DNA of 64,000 nt, from positions 19,854,803 through 19,918,802 of the forward strand of contig OZ316895.1 of the NCBI GenBank assembly GCA_973895155.1. The letters are read 5' to 3'. Made by a program: the position numbers and the translations under genes. This DNA comes from Marsupella aquatica (Eukaryota; Plantae; Marchantiophyta). Shown one piece after another: positions 1 to 14,527 of the stretch. Within the stretch, counting starts at the first letter, position 1, and the number at the start of each line of letters is the position of its first letter. The notes below the pieces were generated by a model that worked only from the letters and a program-made list of their open reading frames with translations, ran no database searches and was not told where the DNA came from.

Positions 1-3000
1 GTTGAGAGACAATGCAAAATAACTCACTATTGTAATCAACAATTGTCTTGTGATCTTGAACTCAAAAAGTTACCTGATCATGCCGTGCTATAGGGAGGAA
101 TATGATCCGTGTATGGTCGAACCATGATTGGAGTTCATCACATAAAAGGTGGGGGTTGTACTCATTCATGTATTGCTTTTTTAGGGAATCAGCCAAGTGA
201 TGTCTTATTAGGATTAGGGCCCAAGCCTTTTGCTGTAAGGTAGGTCCATTATCCGTTAGGATTGTGTTCTGGAGGTCATTAGATGTAAGATGTGTCTCTA
301 TATATCTAGTGACCAGGAGAGGTAATTGGAGTCGTCTATATTTAATGATTGGAAGTAAAGCTTCTCGATTATATTTGTAGCCATGATTTATATTCAGGTC
401 TCAATTGGTTTTCAGTTTTGATGGTGAAACTATTCCTCAAAGGAAAATTGCAATTTTACAATTTATGTTCTGTATTTCAATTTAGAGAAAGAAGAAAACT
501 GGTGGATGGTTAAGGTCATTATTTGGTGGAGAATCTGCCAATATTGGGAAATTATGTCCCCTCTTCAATTTCTCCTTAATCAATTTTGCCTCTCCTTCAA
601 TTTTTGGTTTTATCTCAATGTCTTGTGTTGTGATTTTTGCTGCAATAATCGTTTTGAGGCAGTTAATTGATCACTCAATGCAAAATGTGGTGTATTCAAC
701 GCGAGGAGACTTTGACAAACTTGTTTTAAATCTGTGAAATTGAGTGATCCTTCTTGAGAAAATTTGTATTGTCAATTCTCAATTGATTCTCAAAAGTTCT
801 AATCACAATCTCCACAAGAAGGTAGTATCCAAGGAGAAAATGAAAAGATGCCTTAGTGCTCAACAAGTTTTGCCTAGGTGAATTTCCTAAAAAATAATGT
901 ATCTAGCAAATTCGTGCTGATAAAGTGTTCAACTACACCCAACAATGAATAATTTCCATTCCACATAATAGGGTTTATATACATATGATAGGTGTGTTGA
1001 GATTGAACCTAAGGTAGACTTAACTATATAAGGTTTATCTTGGGTTGTAATAGTTCTTCTAATAAATCCAAAGTGTCATACCAACAATTTAAATTGTTTT
1101 CATTATTAAGTCTCTCAATATATCTAGTATTCAAATGATTAGTGACAATCTCAAATTCCACTCATATAATGCTATCCAACCTATATGAAAGATAAATGGA
1201 GTCTTCTTGGTTCTTATATTTTCTATTGTCTGATAGACCCATAGTGTTGAGGGTACATAATTTGATGTCCAAATCAACTTTATGAGCAAAGATCATTTTG
1301 TTCAAGATTTCTCACTTTATATTAAGATTAATTAACAATATTGGTGTCAATGATAGTCTATTTATTTTATACCACAGATGCTATCAATCTTAACAAACGA
1401 TATAATTATGCCCACAAATAGTTGCATTGATTGATCGATTCTCTTTTGAAAGTCAATGCAAAACAACTAAATTGTGGGGAAAAAAGTTTTGTTTTCTTTT
1501 GGTCTGACTTAAGCTTGGCTTAGATGTAGAATGAAAAGTATGCAAAATTTGGTAAGGATAATTATAGATTTCTTTCATTGGCCCCACACTTCCCTTAACA
1601 TGTTGCATATGTATATAAAAGAAAGTCATTTTTGTCCATTGAATCCGTAACACAAAGTCCAATTTCTTCAAATTTGAGAAAATGTTTTACACCTTTGGAC
1701 CTCAATGATTAAAGAGGTTTAACTTACAATAGTGTTAGTGATAATTTATCGTGTACTTTACCATGGATATATAATTGGTTGTAGGAGATGAACACTAACT
1801 AGATATTGAATTTTAATGTATCATGATGAAAGTTTTGAGATACATGATAGTTTCATGTGACAATAACTAACTCACGTACAAAGCAATGAATGTACAAATA
1901 TATCTAAGTGACCAAAAAGACTTGCTTGGATTAAGGAGACAAAGTTTACTCTTCAAGATACTAGTTGGCATGTTGATAGGACTCACGCAAACTCAATCTC
2001 TCTCACTCATCTCCACTCTACAGGACCACAAGTAGAGGCTGCTAACTGACCGCCCTAACCACCCAAGACAACTTAGCGAATGAGATATATTGTCACAACA
2101 CAAGTTCATTTTAATTAGTGAAAAATAACATGAAATTAACATTTTCATATAACTTAGATAAATAGGGTCAGTGGACCAAACACTTTCATATATTTATGAT
2201 ACAACCAAATTTTCAATAAATGCATATTTATTATCACCCATTCTTGGATGTAAATATTTAAAATTAATTAACTTCATAACTTGAAAAAATTCTGGAAAAA
2301 ATAATAAGGTACATGCTCAATCTATTACATTCAATCTTATCATGAAAAACTTGCAATATGAACTTTTCAACTTTTGTAAATACATATTAGAATCTAGTAT
2401 TTTACACCCTAGACAAAAGAACTAGGGGTCCTCAAACTAATTTGTGTATTCAATTCCTTTTATTGTTGTAATTTAACTTGTCAACTACTTTTGGCTTAAG
2501 ACAATTCCTTTGGAATTTCAATCTTAGCTTGTTTAGAGATTCCTTTATGATATTTTTTGATTTTAAAATATTTCCAATGAAAGTTCTTGCCTTGAAAGGA
2601 GTGTTCTTTCACAATTTTTGTTTTTGAGTTTTTTAATTTGTGGACCTAAAGAAGACATATAATCTATAATCATTCTCAATATGGATAAATATTGTAAACA
2701 CTTCATTATTATTTATATATACCAAGACTTTATAGTATTAAAACTATAAATTTGTATTCCATAGTATTTTTAATGCAAAAGAATTATTTTTATTATATGG
2801 TATAAATTAAATATAGTGATTTTTGGATTAGGGAAATAAAGTTAGTTGTATGACGTTTCACCTTTTTATATGAAAAAACAATTTTCTTAAGTGATGACAA
2901 TAAAATATGCCAAAAACTTTGATGCATAACTTTTGGTATATCACTGTATGTACATAGTATATAAGAATTTTTATTCCCCAAAAATTAATGATTTATACTC

Positions 3001-5169
3001 ATTAATGATCTCGTGTATTTGTGTTAAAAATACCGATTATTCGTTCAATCATAATATTTTCTTCTATAAATGTCTCAAACTCAAATTCTATAATTTCTTC
3101 TAACCTTGTTTCTCTATATAATTTTCTTTTGTTCTTATAAAATCCAACTAACTGCTAGTTCATTTGGATTCTCAATTGATTCACTTCTCATTCAATTCCA
3201 TAGTTATTTTTTAAAAAACATTACAAGATATTGAATGGATTTCCACTTGTCGTAGACCGTCCTTATCACCTAGAGTGAAAACTAAATGTTATCTCAATCT
3301 TCAATCAATACAACCCTTGTCTTGGATGCCTGATTGACTATTTTTGTGTCCTTTCCAATAGGATTGCAACATAATCCTTATTTGAGCTTGTACTTCTTCT
3401 AAGAGCTTGAGGAATCTTCTTCATTCTCCTCTAGATTTCCACGTAGCTAGGGTTTGACAATCATTGAGCCACTACACAATCATTGACCTCAAAAACAAAG
3501 AGCAAAGTTACAAGTAGTACGTATGAGCTATAAGCTTTGCAATCTGTCATTCAATATTAGTTGAGTATTTAAATTGAGTATTAGCTTTGTAATCGTTCAT
3601 TTAGTATACTAAAAGGTATATTATAAAAATACAATGTTGTCTACAATGATGTCGTAAGTATGGAACAAGGTCAAAGTACAAACTTTATGGGGCCTCTCCA
3701 AAGAAGATTTGAAAAGCACTTTTTTGTGACTTAAGAAGTGCACATTGGTGCTTACAAAACAAAGAAATAAGTTTTGAATGTGTGTCTACAAATAATTGGT
3801 TTCATTCACTTATTTATTACCCTAAATTTCCCTCTTCATATTGACATATTTTTTACTTTCATTCTTTGTGCAGGCTTTTTGAGGTCATGCTATTCAGATT
3901 GTACAATGGTGCTTCCAACCAAGGAATTAGAAATAATATTGTCCACAATTCTTGTTTTGCAGCAATTGATCTTGTTGCAACTACAATTATACACTCTTGT
4001 TGCCAATAATTTGGTACCATGCAAAGACGTGACAACGTTGGTTCACATTTTGCTAACTTGCTTTGACTCTCAAATTATTTAGCATGCATTTTGTAGAGAC
4101 TATCATCACATTTTGGGGAATTACATTGAGCCAAGGTCAAGAGAGTGGAGTGGCTAGTATCCTTGGGCCCTTAGTGTTACTAATACAGGGAGGACATGCG
4201 AATAATGCAAGGGTATTTTTAATGTAATGCAAACTAATTCTTATAACAATTTTTAAAGTAGGCAACATCCCTCTATATACATTCACCACAATATTAGTAA
4301 TAAGGCAAGAATCAAATACATGTCACATAAATCTTATGCAAGGGTACCCAAAATGCCAAGTACATGCGTCACTATATGGTTGACACACATGTCATCACTT
4401 CAGTTGCACACGTGTCCATATAGTAAATCAGATATTTAATTATTATCGTCTTAAGGCAAGTTTGGTTTCGTTGGTCTCCTTATGGTGGAACAAATGGGTT
4501 AAGGTAGACATGTTTACCCGCATGTTTAGGAGTTAAGTGGGGAGTTGAGTAAATTTTGGGCCAGGATCTTTGGGCCCAACTTGGTTGGGAAACTGGGATT
4601 GATGGGGATCCATGGATCAATCCCACATGGATGGACAAGATTACTTTTGAATTCCCTTGAATCAAACAGCCATGTATGAGGCCAGATGTGTTTGTGTATT
4701 GAGGGAGGGGTCTCGAGCGCTCAAACAATGTTTGTTATAGTTGGTTCAGACTTTGAAGTATTATTCTTGGATTATACATATATAGTACTAATGAAACTAG
4801 AAGTTCATAGGCACTTTTGTGAACACTAAGACAAAACTGCAGGTCTATGTGTAAACTATAGGAAGAACTATAATTTTCTCTCGTCCTAATTTTGTTTATC
4901 TATATAAAATATGTACCTTGAACATCGAGCATAACATACAAGTCTTCTATGAAAGATAAAGTTTTAACTATTTCAGTATGATATTTGTAATTCTATATAA
5001 AAATTCAAGGGTGTTTTCAATTCCTTGAAAAACTCTATTATAATTTACAAAAGGATAAAATTTAATAGGAAAAATTAATATTTTTACATTAACAAGGGGA
5101 TTTTTTTTGTGAACAAAAATATTAAGAAGGGGTACACGGGGGGTATCTGTTCTCAGGGGGTTCACTTGA

Positions 5170-6300
5170 TATAGTAAGAGTGAGGGCCCAGGGGCTGGTA
5201 TCTCACGCATGTTATTGAGCAGAATCCCCGACAGAATCCTATTTGCTTCAAGTATTTGTTTCAGGTGTCACCGACAACGTTCATGTACATTTGTGACCTG
5301 GTTTGAGAAATCATGACAACAAATCCCTCGCCTAGACTCCGCAATTTGATTAACAAGACATTGTACGTTAAGCGCCAAGTTGCCATAGCTCTCCGTCAGT
5401 TTTCCAATGATTGCTTGTTGTTGACACTTTCAGAGATATTTGGGGTTTTTGTCCCATGCATATTGGAAGTCTTCTGGCAATTTGTGAAGGCTTTAATTGT
5501 GCAAGCAAGGGGGAGAGATTTGAGATGGCCACAAAGAGAGGCCATGGCAATGGTGAAAGAAGAATTCTGCCAACTACAAGGACTCCTTAATTGTTGTGGT
5601 GCAATTGATGGGATGCATTTTCAAGTGAAGTTACCTCCTAGAATGGATTCCATTTCTTATCATGATTACAGGCATGGTCAGGGCATTTCCATGCAAGATA
5701 TTGTGATAGTCGCCTTCTATTTTTGGGTGTCTTTGCATGATGGCCTGACAACATTCAAGACTCATGCCTTCTAAAAGTATCTGAATTTTGCAACGATATT
5801 TTGGTACACCATACAAAATTCTCAGGTCCAACATTTACATCACCAACAGGATTTTGTACAAGGGAGTATATTATTGGTGATGTCGGCTACCCTACTTATT
5901 TGTGGTTGATAAATCCTTTTCCTTTTGCAATGGAGCATAGCTGGGAGAAGGAATTTAATTACAAGTTGAGCTCAACTAGGATGTGCGTGGAGCGTGCTTT
6001 TGGTTAGTTGAAAAATAGTTGGAGATTTATTTCATGCAAAATATATCGATCATCTCTAGGTTATCGACTACCGCATTACATTACTTGTGCATGCATTCTT
6101 CACAACATCCGTATTCACCATCGAGATGTTTATGACCCAGCTTGGGGGATAGGCCCAGACCCCCTAGGTTATGAACCCGGAGGTCCTCCTACTACACATC
6201 AAAGTTACAATAATGGACGTAGATCTATCATACTCCAATGATGAACCATTTTCTCCCTCAAAGAGAGTGGGAGCATGAACAACAAAGATGTTGTGCTACC
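5170..6300 (+). pseudogene. PIF/Harbinger transposase (DDE_Tnp_4/HARBI1-like), frameshifted
   Basis: ORF pieces 5313-5774, 5801-6007 and 6008-6241 carry CCGAIDGMHF, YIIGDVGYP, FNYKLSSTRMCVERAFG and ITCACILHN. Upstream frame reads FQVSPTTFMYICDLV. Stops and frameshifts present; ends approximate. Confidence 0.9.
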
Positions 6301-6489
6301 CCTTACTAGGGATAATGGACTATGATTATTTGTGTTTTTTCCAATTGCAAAAGGCTAATTTGAAATAAAAATTCTAATAGAAATGTGCATGAAAGTGTCA
6401 TCATGTAGTCTTATGTAATTGTGAGGCCCATTTTGCTACACTTGATGAAAATGTAGGTACTTGCTTCTATAGACAAACTAAATAAATGT

Positions 6490-7650
6490 TACTCTATTGT
6501 GAAGGTTGTGAAGAACTAGCAAGCTTCTCCATAAGGACGTCAGAAAAACGTGTCATTTGCTTTGTTGTTGTCGTTTTTGCTGTAGTTAAAATTCTCGTTT
6601 GTCAAATGTCACACTCACATTCTCAAATTTCACTATCATGCTTGGCCGTAGATGCCATCTCAACACAACCATTGGCCATGGTTTTCAAATGGCCTTGTTT
6701 GTCACTACCAGGCTTAAAGGCCTTCCGCTTCACACTTCTCTTACTTGGGCCAGAAACTCCTAAGGAGATGATGGTTCTCTCACTCCACCAATATGCTTAG
6801 TGTTCTATTTCGCACTCTCTTTCGTTGGTTGTGAGCAGTAATTTTGGCTCAAAGGTACAAATCTATATTTATCAACCTTGTCATCATCACTTGCAAATAA
6901 AAGAAATAGAAAAACAAAGAAAATGAGACAAAAATTAGTGGGCATGAAAATGTGTGATACATTCAAACAAACTACTTGCACAATAGGATTCAATTATAAA
7001 ACAAAAACCCAGTTCCACCTGATAGTACAAAATTGAGATAAGAGCTTGTAAGTAACTTCTTACATTCTGATGACAAGATGAATGGATCTGCCCTAGCTTG
7101 GGTTTTGGTCCATAGCAAAAATATCAGATAAAAACCTCATAGGTGGAGTAACGCACGGGATACCTGCATACACTCCAACAATTCCTCATATAGGCCAATA
7201 GAGAAATTAGTGAGGAATCGATCATTGTGTCGCTATTTTTCATCCATGTCAAAGTAAGAAATATGCCCGGTTTTCTCCTTCTTTTCATAATCATAAATGA
7301 GTTTGAACTTGCTTTCAATGATCTACCACTTCTTCTTACAAGAGTTTGGATCTTGAATAGGATTATCCCTCATCCACCATAAATTTTGCCACTACTTTCC
7401 ATTTCAACTTGTTGCTGGTCACCTTCTTTTATGTTGAGCCTTCCATAACAACATTGTGATATTCATTCCGCTTTGCTGCAATGAGAACCTTCATCTCCTC
7501 ATTGGTCCAATCTGGCAACTTACTCTTTCCTTGAGCCCGTGGTGCATTAGTGGGACAGGCTGTAGCTACACTGTTGAGATCCAAGTCATGCAATGGCTCA
7601 CATTGTTGTGCACTGTGGCCTGCAACGCCACTCAATTATGGCTCATCATC
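6490..7650 (-). pseudogene. Myb/SANT-like (trihelix) DNA-binding protein, Harbinger ORF1 partner, degraded
   Basis: 7429-7635 gives PDWTNEEMKVLIAAKR. Downstream on - reads CKKKW*IIESKFKLIYDYE..SYFDM, a trihelix pattern. Convergent with the Harbinger transposase, as expected for this superfamily. Exon limits approximate. Confidence 0.75.
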
Positions 7651-7799
7651 TGAAAGGGACATGATAAAATGCAAATATCATTGTCAAGAAGTTCACAAAA
7701 TGACCAAGGAAATTATTTATTCACTTTGACAGTGAATCACAATGGTATAGAAAGTACATTGCCAAAACTAGTTAGGTCTCATAAGTTTGACCTTCTATC

Positions 7800-9600
7800 T
7801 ACCTCTAAGGTTCAATCCTTTCGCAAGGAACTGGTCCTACAATCAAGGCCCTAGGCCAAGAGAATCACTTTCCAAGCAAAGTTTTTTCCTAGGTTTTGCA
7901 AGATATATGATAGGTTTGATGGGCGAGATGTTACCCGGTATTTAGAAGAGTATAAGACGCAAGTCGAGATACAAATGGTGAATGAGGTTGTGGCAATCCG
8001 AAAGTTTGTACAGTTGTTGAGATGAGTTTAAAGGGGTTGGTTCAGGTTTTGGTTGATAGGTCAGTAGAGGATAGGACTTGGAGGGATTTTGAGCGGCGAA
8101 TGAAAGAAGAATTTCAGTTGGAGGATTCGAGTCAAGAAACTCACACTTCCTTCCTGGATTGGGTTAATGAGAGAGAGAAGAGGCTTGAGCCGCAACATTA
8201 CTTCGAGAGTTCACTCGAAGGATGAGCCAGCTCCCTTGGCGTGATGTGAGAATTATTGAGCTCCAAAAGTCAGAGCTATTTTTGAGAGCAGTAGGGGAGC
8301 AGCTTAGAGACAAGCTAGAGAATGCCATGGATCTACTAGAACCCACTTGGGCGGAAGGACCAGCGGATTGGGGTCTGGTTGAGAGGGCAATAATGAAGGT
8401 AAATGAGCGTAGGAGGAGGAGGGAGAACGACAGAGAAGCCACAAGAGAGGTGGTAAGGAGGAGGGAAAGTGAAAGAGAGGTCACCAGGGATGTCTAGTTG
8501 GGAGGAGGGAAGATACTGAGAGGAGGGTGCAGGTGGAAGGATCAAGCTCAGGGTCGAGCACGACTGACCCTAGAGAAAATAGCAGAAGGGATAAGGCTTT
8601 TGACCTCCCATGGGATAGAGCAGAGGTCTCCGAGAACTGAGATTCCAAGGAGAGAACCAGCTGAGAGGAGGCCGAATGCATTGTGTATGTGGTGTGATTC
8701 TTGATTCGAAGGATCACACCATAAATGAGTGTAGGGAATTGACATAGGCCTTGAGAGAACAATGGGTCAAGTTTGTAGGGGAGCCAGGGAAGAAGAGACT
8801 AGCATACTTTGACGATGGGGAAGGGGGTTCCGTTGAACTTTGGGAAGGGAGGGATGAAGGTGCTTGTTGAAAAGCATAGAGGAAAGGCAAAAGTTGGAGC
8901 CATGATGTATGAACCTAGGGTGTATGTAGCTGAACGAGATAGGGTAGAGACGAGTAGTGGCATGAGGTCTAGTTTTGATGAGGTGAGTGAGAAGAGATAT
9001 GCTGAGTATTTGCGGAGGGAAACTGAGTGGTTGGAAAGCACCAGTTTTTGTGAATTCTATTTTGCAAGGGAAGGGTAGTTCCGAGGTAATAGTAGAGGTG
9101 AAACAAAGGGATTCGAGAGAATCATTTAGTGCTAAAGAGGGGGAAAAATGAGAAGGAGAGTCAGGAGAGATTAAGAGAGAAGAACCAGGGACGAGTTCTA
9201 GGGTACTAGAGCAAAAAGGGAGAGGGAAGGTAGGAGGGAAGAAACCAGGATGGGTTTTAGGGAGGGAAATTGAGTGGGAGGTTGATTTTAATGCGGTTGG
9301 CACCAAATTTTGGAATCAAGAGGTGCGGGGTCTAACAAACAAAGAAGTAATAGGGTGTATGCAGAGAGATGTGCAAGATGTTATCTTGACGCAGGTCAAG
9401 ATCGAGAAAACGCATCCTAAAGGAAGGGCCGCAAGGGGTGGCATGTACTTTGGTAGAGGAGGGGAACTTTGACTCGGAAGATGAAGGGGAAGATAGAGTG
9501 ATGCCATTTGTGGAAAAAGTGAGTGGGGAACGAGAGGGCCTTCAGTTGAGAGAGGAGAATCCTTGAGTCAAGAGCAGGTGGGGGTGGAGGTTATGAGGGC

Positions 9601-9650
<50 letters not shown>

Positions 9651-11598
9651 TAGCTTGGTGCTCGATAGCCATGGATGTTAGGAAGATGCATTGGGCACGA
9701 GGGTGTAGTGAGTGCGAGGTGGACTTAGATAGAATTAAGAGACTCGTGAGAGCATTATTAGATTCAGGTTCTGAAGTGAATATTATTTTGATGCGCATTT
9801 ACGAGGAGGGATAGTGGGCAGTAGACCGACACAGTGGATGGGGAGTTAGATCTGTTAGTGCAGACAAGAACAGTTTTTGGGGAGCTTGTCCTGGAGTTAA
9901 GCTCCGAATTGGGGACATTGTGGAACCAATGAATGTTTTTGTCATGAGAGTCTTCCCATGCAGATGATTTTAGGGCAGCCATTTATCACTGAGATGAGGA
10001 TGGCAACACAAGTATTAGATGATGGGACGCATGTGGCCCTGATCCGGAGTAGAGATGGATCTAAGATGATTCAGTTCCCAACAGTACAAGCCGCCCATCC
10101 TAGAAATTGTATAGAGTTACGGGAAGGGAAGAAGAACGAAGGGAAATTTGAGGATTTTGACTAGGCGCCATGGCAGGGAAATCGTCCACATTAGGGGAGT
10201 TAGAAAAAGTTTTAGTTTCGTCCTTTGTTGGATTTGGATTTGGAAGAGTTATAGTCCACGTTAGGAGAGAGGAATGTTGTAGAAAAATTGTGTGTGGGTT
10301 GTGTAGAGAGGAAGCCAAGTTACATAAGGGATTAGGGATAGGACCAGATGAGTGTTTAGAGGGCTATATAGATGAGTTTGGGATAGGGGAGACAGTTGAG
10401 CAAACCTTAGGACTGATGGGGAGAGGAGTGAGTGAGATTGAAATTGGGAAGGATTTGTATGGAGTGATTAGCACTTTTGTGGGGAGTCAAATTAATGTGG
10501 ATACAAGTATTATAAGACAGTTGACAAGAAGGTGAGACCCGCAGCTGTACCTTTGCCTTTAGATGCTCGAGGGTTGATAGAGAAAGCTAGAGAAGAACCT
10601 GGCTTGAGAGACCCAGATGGGATTGGGCATTTGTTCACTGAGGAGACTCTTGCTCAGATTAGGATAGGAGATGATGGGTTACTTTGGGACGTAGAAAAAG
10701 AGAGGTTTAAGGAGATGATTAGTAGACATGGAAAAGCTTTTTCCTTTCATTTAGATGAGATTGGTTGTGTTAACCCGAGAGAGGTAACCCCGATGATTAT
10801 TTTTATAGTACCACATATTCCATGGGATTTGAGACCACTTCTGGTTCCTCGAGCCCTAATGCCAAAGCTCATGGAATTACTTAAAGAGAAGTTGAAGGCC
10901 AAGATTCTTGAGCGATCTGGAGCCCCATACTCGAATCGGTGGTTTACTGTTAAAAAGAAAAATGGGAAATTGCGTTTCATCCAAGATATGCAACCACCTA
11001 ATAGGGTTACAATTAGGAATGTCGGTACTAGACCGGTTGTAGATGAGTTTGTAGAAGAGTTTGCTGGTACTAGGGCAATTTATTTGATAGGGGACCTGTA
11101 CTAAGGTTATGACCAATTCCAGTTGTCTAAGCGTAGTTGAGACATAACAACAATGCGGACACCATTGGGGTTGGTCAAGATGTGTACCTTGCCACAAGGT
11201 GCTACAAACTCGGTAGCACACATGAAAAACGCCATGAATATGATTCTTCAACGTTTTATTCTTGACAAGACCCGACCCTTCCTTGATGACATACCTATTA
11301 AAGGATGTTTAGACCTAAAGAAATATGCATGAGACGGTACGAGAGGATGGGATAAGGAATTTTGTTTGGGATCATATGCAGGATGTTGAGGCAATTTTGC
11401 AGCGCATGATAGAGGCTAGAGTAACGCTCTCAGGAGAGAAATCTGCATTTGGGTTAAAAGAGGTAATGGTAGTGGGTCAGCATTGTGGAACTTATGGACA
11501 AAGTCCTAGTGTAGAGAAAGTCAATGCTATTAGTAAGCTAGGAGATTGTACCTCACCTACAGAGGTCTGAAGATTTTTAGGAGCTTGTATATTTTTAG
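7800..11598 (+). mobile_element. Ty3/Gypsy retrotransposon fragment (gag, protease, RT), no LTRs, 3' truncated
   Basis: gag-like RFDGRDVTRYLEEY (~7910), protease VRALLDSGSEVNII (~9745-9790), RT PYSNRWFTVKKKNGKLRFIQDMQ, LPQGATNS and PFLDDIPIKG (~11280). Many stops. Confidence 0.9.
9605..9647. repeat. (GA)n microsatellite inside the Gypsy fragment
   Basis: Uninterrupted gagaga run of about 20 units. Confidence 0.95.
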
Positions 11599-13085
11599 GA
11601 GCATCAGAGTGACTCTTGAAGTCCTTTATCCCCAGCCCCCCTGCGGCCGAGACATCCTGCCCCAAGACACTAGTGGTATTCTTCGTCCCCCCTCTACGTT
11701 GTATCCCCACAAGAAGTCTCTGCACAACGCTGTCATTTTCCTGTCCAATCCGTGGGATGCTTTAAGGAACATCGAGTGATATATCGGGATTGCTTGTAAG
11801 ATGTGTCTCACCATCAGAGTTCTTCCAGTGAATGATAGTAGCCTGTTCGCCCATGAGATAACCGCTGCCCAATTTTGTCAAGTACAAAGCTGTGCAATTG
11901 TTCCATCTTCAAATCAACCCCTAATGGGGCCCCGAGGAATTTATGTAGCTCTCCTCTTTTGCTGATCCCACATCCATTGTCCCTAAGCCAGCCCGGAATG
12001 TTGCCAAGGACCAAAGGGATCACGATCAACTTCTTCAAGTTGAGTCGGGCCCCAGTGGTAGCTTCATAGCACTCAATCATTGTAGTGACCTATTGAAAAT
12101 TTATCTACAATCTCCGTTGCAGGGGTAAACATCCCCCAGTCATCCGCAAAAATTTGGGAGCAGGATTGTAAGTATCTCTGAAACCTGTATCCCTGCAAGT
12201 CTACCAACAGATAATTTGGCATCCATAAAGTCCATTAATGGTTGCGCGGAAATAACAAACAAGAGTGGGAACAGTGGACAGCCCTACCTGACTCCCCGTT
12301 TGAGTTCTATCTCCATTGATAACATTCCATTCAGATAAACTCTTGACGTTGCATGCTTCAACAGTGACTATGCTGGTTTAATAAAATTGCTGCTAATTCC
12401 TAGGAGCTGCATTGTCTCCCACATGTAGTCGTGATCCACTCTATCAAACGTCTTCTCAAAATCCAGCTTTAGAAAGAGTGCCTTGTACTTCCTATTTTTC
12501 AGCCAATCAAATGTTAACCATGCCAACAAGATATTTTCCAAGATGTTTCTTCCCGGGATAAATCCCGTCTGCTGCGGGCTAATTAGCTACGGCAGAATTC
12601 TAATCAACCTAAGTGCCAATATCTTTGCAATCAACTTATAGATGGTGTTCAACATGGTAAGCGGTCTCCAGTCTTTCAACATTCTCTTGTCAGACTTCTT
12701 GGGGATGAATTTAATTGTCCCCTCTTTGATCCCACTCGCCAGCTTCCCCGTCAGCCAGAATCCTTGTACCATGGCTACCAAATCTCTTTCATGAACCCCC
12801 AGCACGCGTGGTATACTCCCACTGAAAGTCCATGATCTGGTCCGGGTGCCTTATCCTTAGGGAGCAGCCACAACACTTCTTTGATTTCCTTGATTGTTGG
12901 TAGCCCCTCAAGCATCCCAATTTCAATTGCTGATAAGGCAATCCTCGCTTCGTTTGTAGGAGCAACCGGGGCATACAGTTCCAGGCACATCCGTTTGACC
13001 TCTTTCATTATCAATCCCTCTTCTCTAATTTCCCTCCCCCCATCAAGCAACAAGCTCTTCATTGCCTCGCGGTCCCACTTGGCCT
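11599..13085 (-). mobile_element. L1-type LINE ORF2 reverse-transcriptase fragment, truncated at both ends
   Basis: Minus-strand motifs KAPGPD, DWRPLTMLNTIYKLIAKILALR, LDFEKTFDRVDH, GCPLFPLLF, IFADDWG (~12140), FLGAPLG, CRDFLWG, GGLGIKD. Confidence 0.92.
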
Positions 13086-14527
13086 TCACTGTTACAAAGG
13101 CGGCTTCAGCCGCAATGGCAGAGGACGACCGACCTTCAGAGGAGGTAGACAGTTTGGAGGCGGAAGATCTACCTACCTCAAGGGGAGAGGTAGAGGCCGT
13201 GGAAATGGAGGAGGCCACGGACAAGGAAGATCAAGCTTCACCTACATCCCTGAAGGAATGGGAAGACCAGGAAGACCAGCCCAATGGGGTAGCTCTTCCC
13301 GACAATACTCAGGAAGACCTGTGGAATGGTTCCGATGCTATACCAAGGGCCACCCACAGAAACTGTGCTGCATACCTACACATCTAGTAGAATTATACCA
13401 GCAAAATAGAAATAACAGGACTCACGAGGCACATGACACCTTTCTAGAGCAAGATGAGCATCTAGAAAACTACACCCACGATGGAGCCATCCTTGAGACA
13501 CATATGATTACACTTCAGCAATAATCCTCACCTTTGGATGACATTAGAACCTGTATAGTAGATAGCGACACGTCTCACACTATATTAAAGTGTAGGGACT
13601 ATTCACATACATTACTCCCTCCCATAGAAATATGACTACTATTATGGGGAGTAACCAGATAGAAGAAGGTAACGGACCCACCACCATCACATTACCTCAG
13701 GGCACTACCATTCATATTAATTCTGCCATCTATGTACCTAATGCCACAAGGAACTTGATTATTTTCAAGGACATTAGAGATAATGAATACCATATCCACA
13801 CCAGCACAGATAAGAACCAGGAAGTAATTCATATTTTACAGAATACTTCTGATGGAATGCAAATAAAATAAACACTTTTTGCGTATCCGTTGGGTTTCTA
13901 TGTCACACTCGATGTCACACAGTTGAATGCTTTTCATTCCACTACACATGAGATGTCAATTTATGACCTTTGGCATACTAGGCTTGGACACTCCGGCATG
14001 ACCATGTTTCAAAAGATGAAAAGAGTAACCCACGGAATACCACAAAATGCATATCCAACAAATCATTATCAGCCATGCATGGCATGTTCTCCAGTTAATC
14101 CTTAGACCTTCTGTCCCCGCTTCTGTCTCCAAGACCATCCATGAAATGCCCAGATTCTTGGAACGAGTGCATGCAGATGTATGTGGCCGTATTGAGCCAC
14201 CAAGTGGACCATTTTGATTCTTTCTAGTCATTCTCGATGCATTCTCAAAATGGTCGCAAGTTTCATTGCTTTCCACATGAAACGTGGTTTTTCCACAACT
14301 TTTAGCACATATCCTCAAGCTAAAAGCCCAATTCCCTAAAAACTCTCTCAAGACGATTAGGGTTGATAATGCATGCAAATTTACTTCAAAAATATTCAAA
14401 GATTTTTGCATGGCTACAGGGATAGACACTCAATACTCTGTACCTCACAATCATCCATTTCCAAAATGGCATTGCTATCTGTCATCAAGAGAATACAGAT
14501 GATAGCAAGACCCATGCTTATGCAAAC

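Noticed and set aside
80-500. Possible PPT (AGGGAGGAA) plus LTR start near position 100
   Set aside because: No partner LTR, TSD or coding remnant visible in the window.
1971-2100. TGTTG...CAACA segment resembling a tiny solo LTR
   Set aside because: Flanks do not form a TSD; could be chance in AT-rich DNA.
4830-5175. AT-rich block ending GGGGTACACGGGGGGTATCTGTTCTCAGGGGGTTCACTTGATATAGT, like a TE terminus cutting the Harbinger gene
   Set aside because: No matching inverted or direct end found, so it cannot be classified.
12881-13387. 168-aa acidic ORF (and the 12775-13224 antisense ORF N-terminus)
   Set aside because: Spans the LINE/Copia junction in off-frames; a chimeric artefact.
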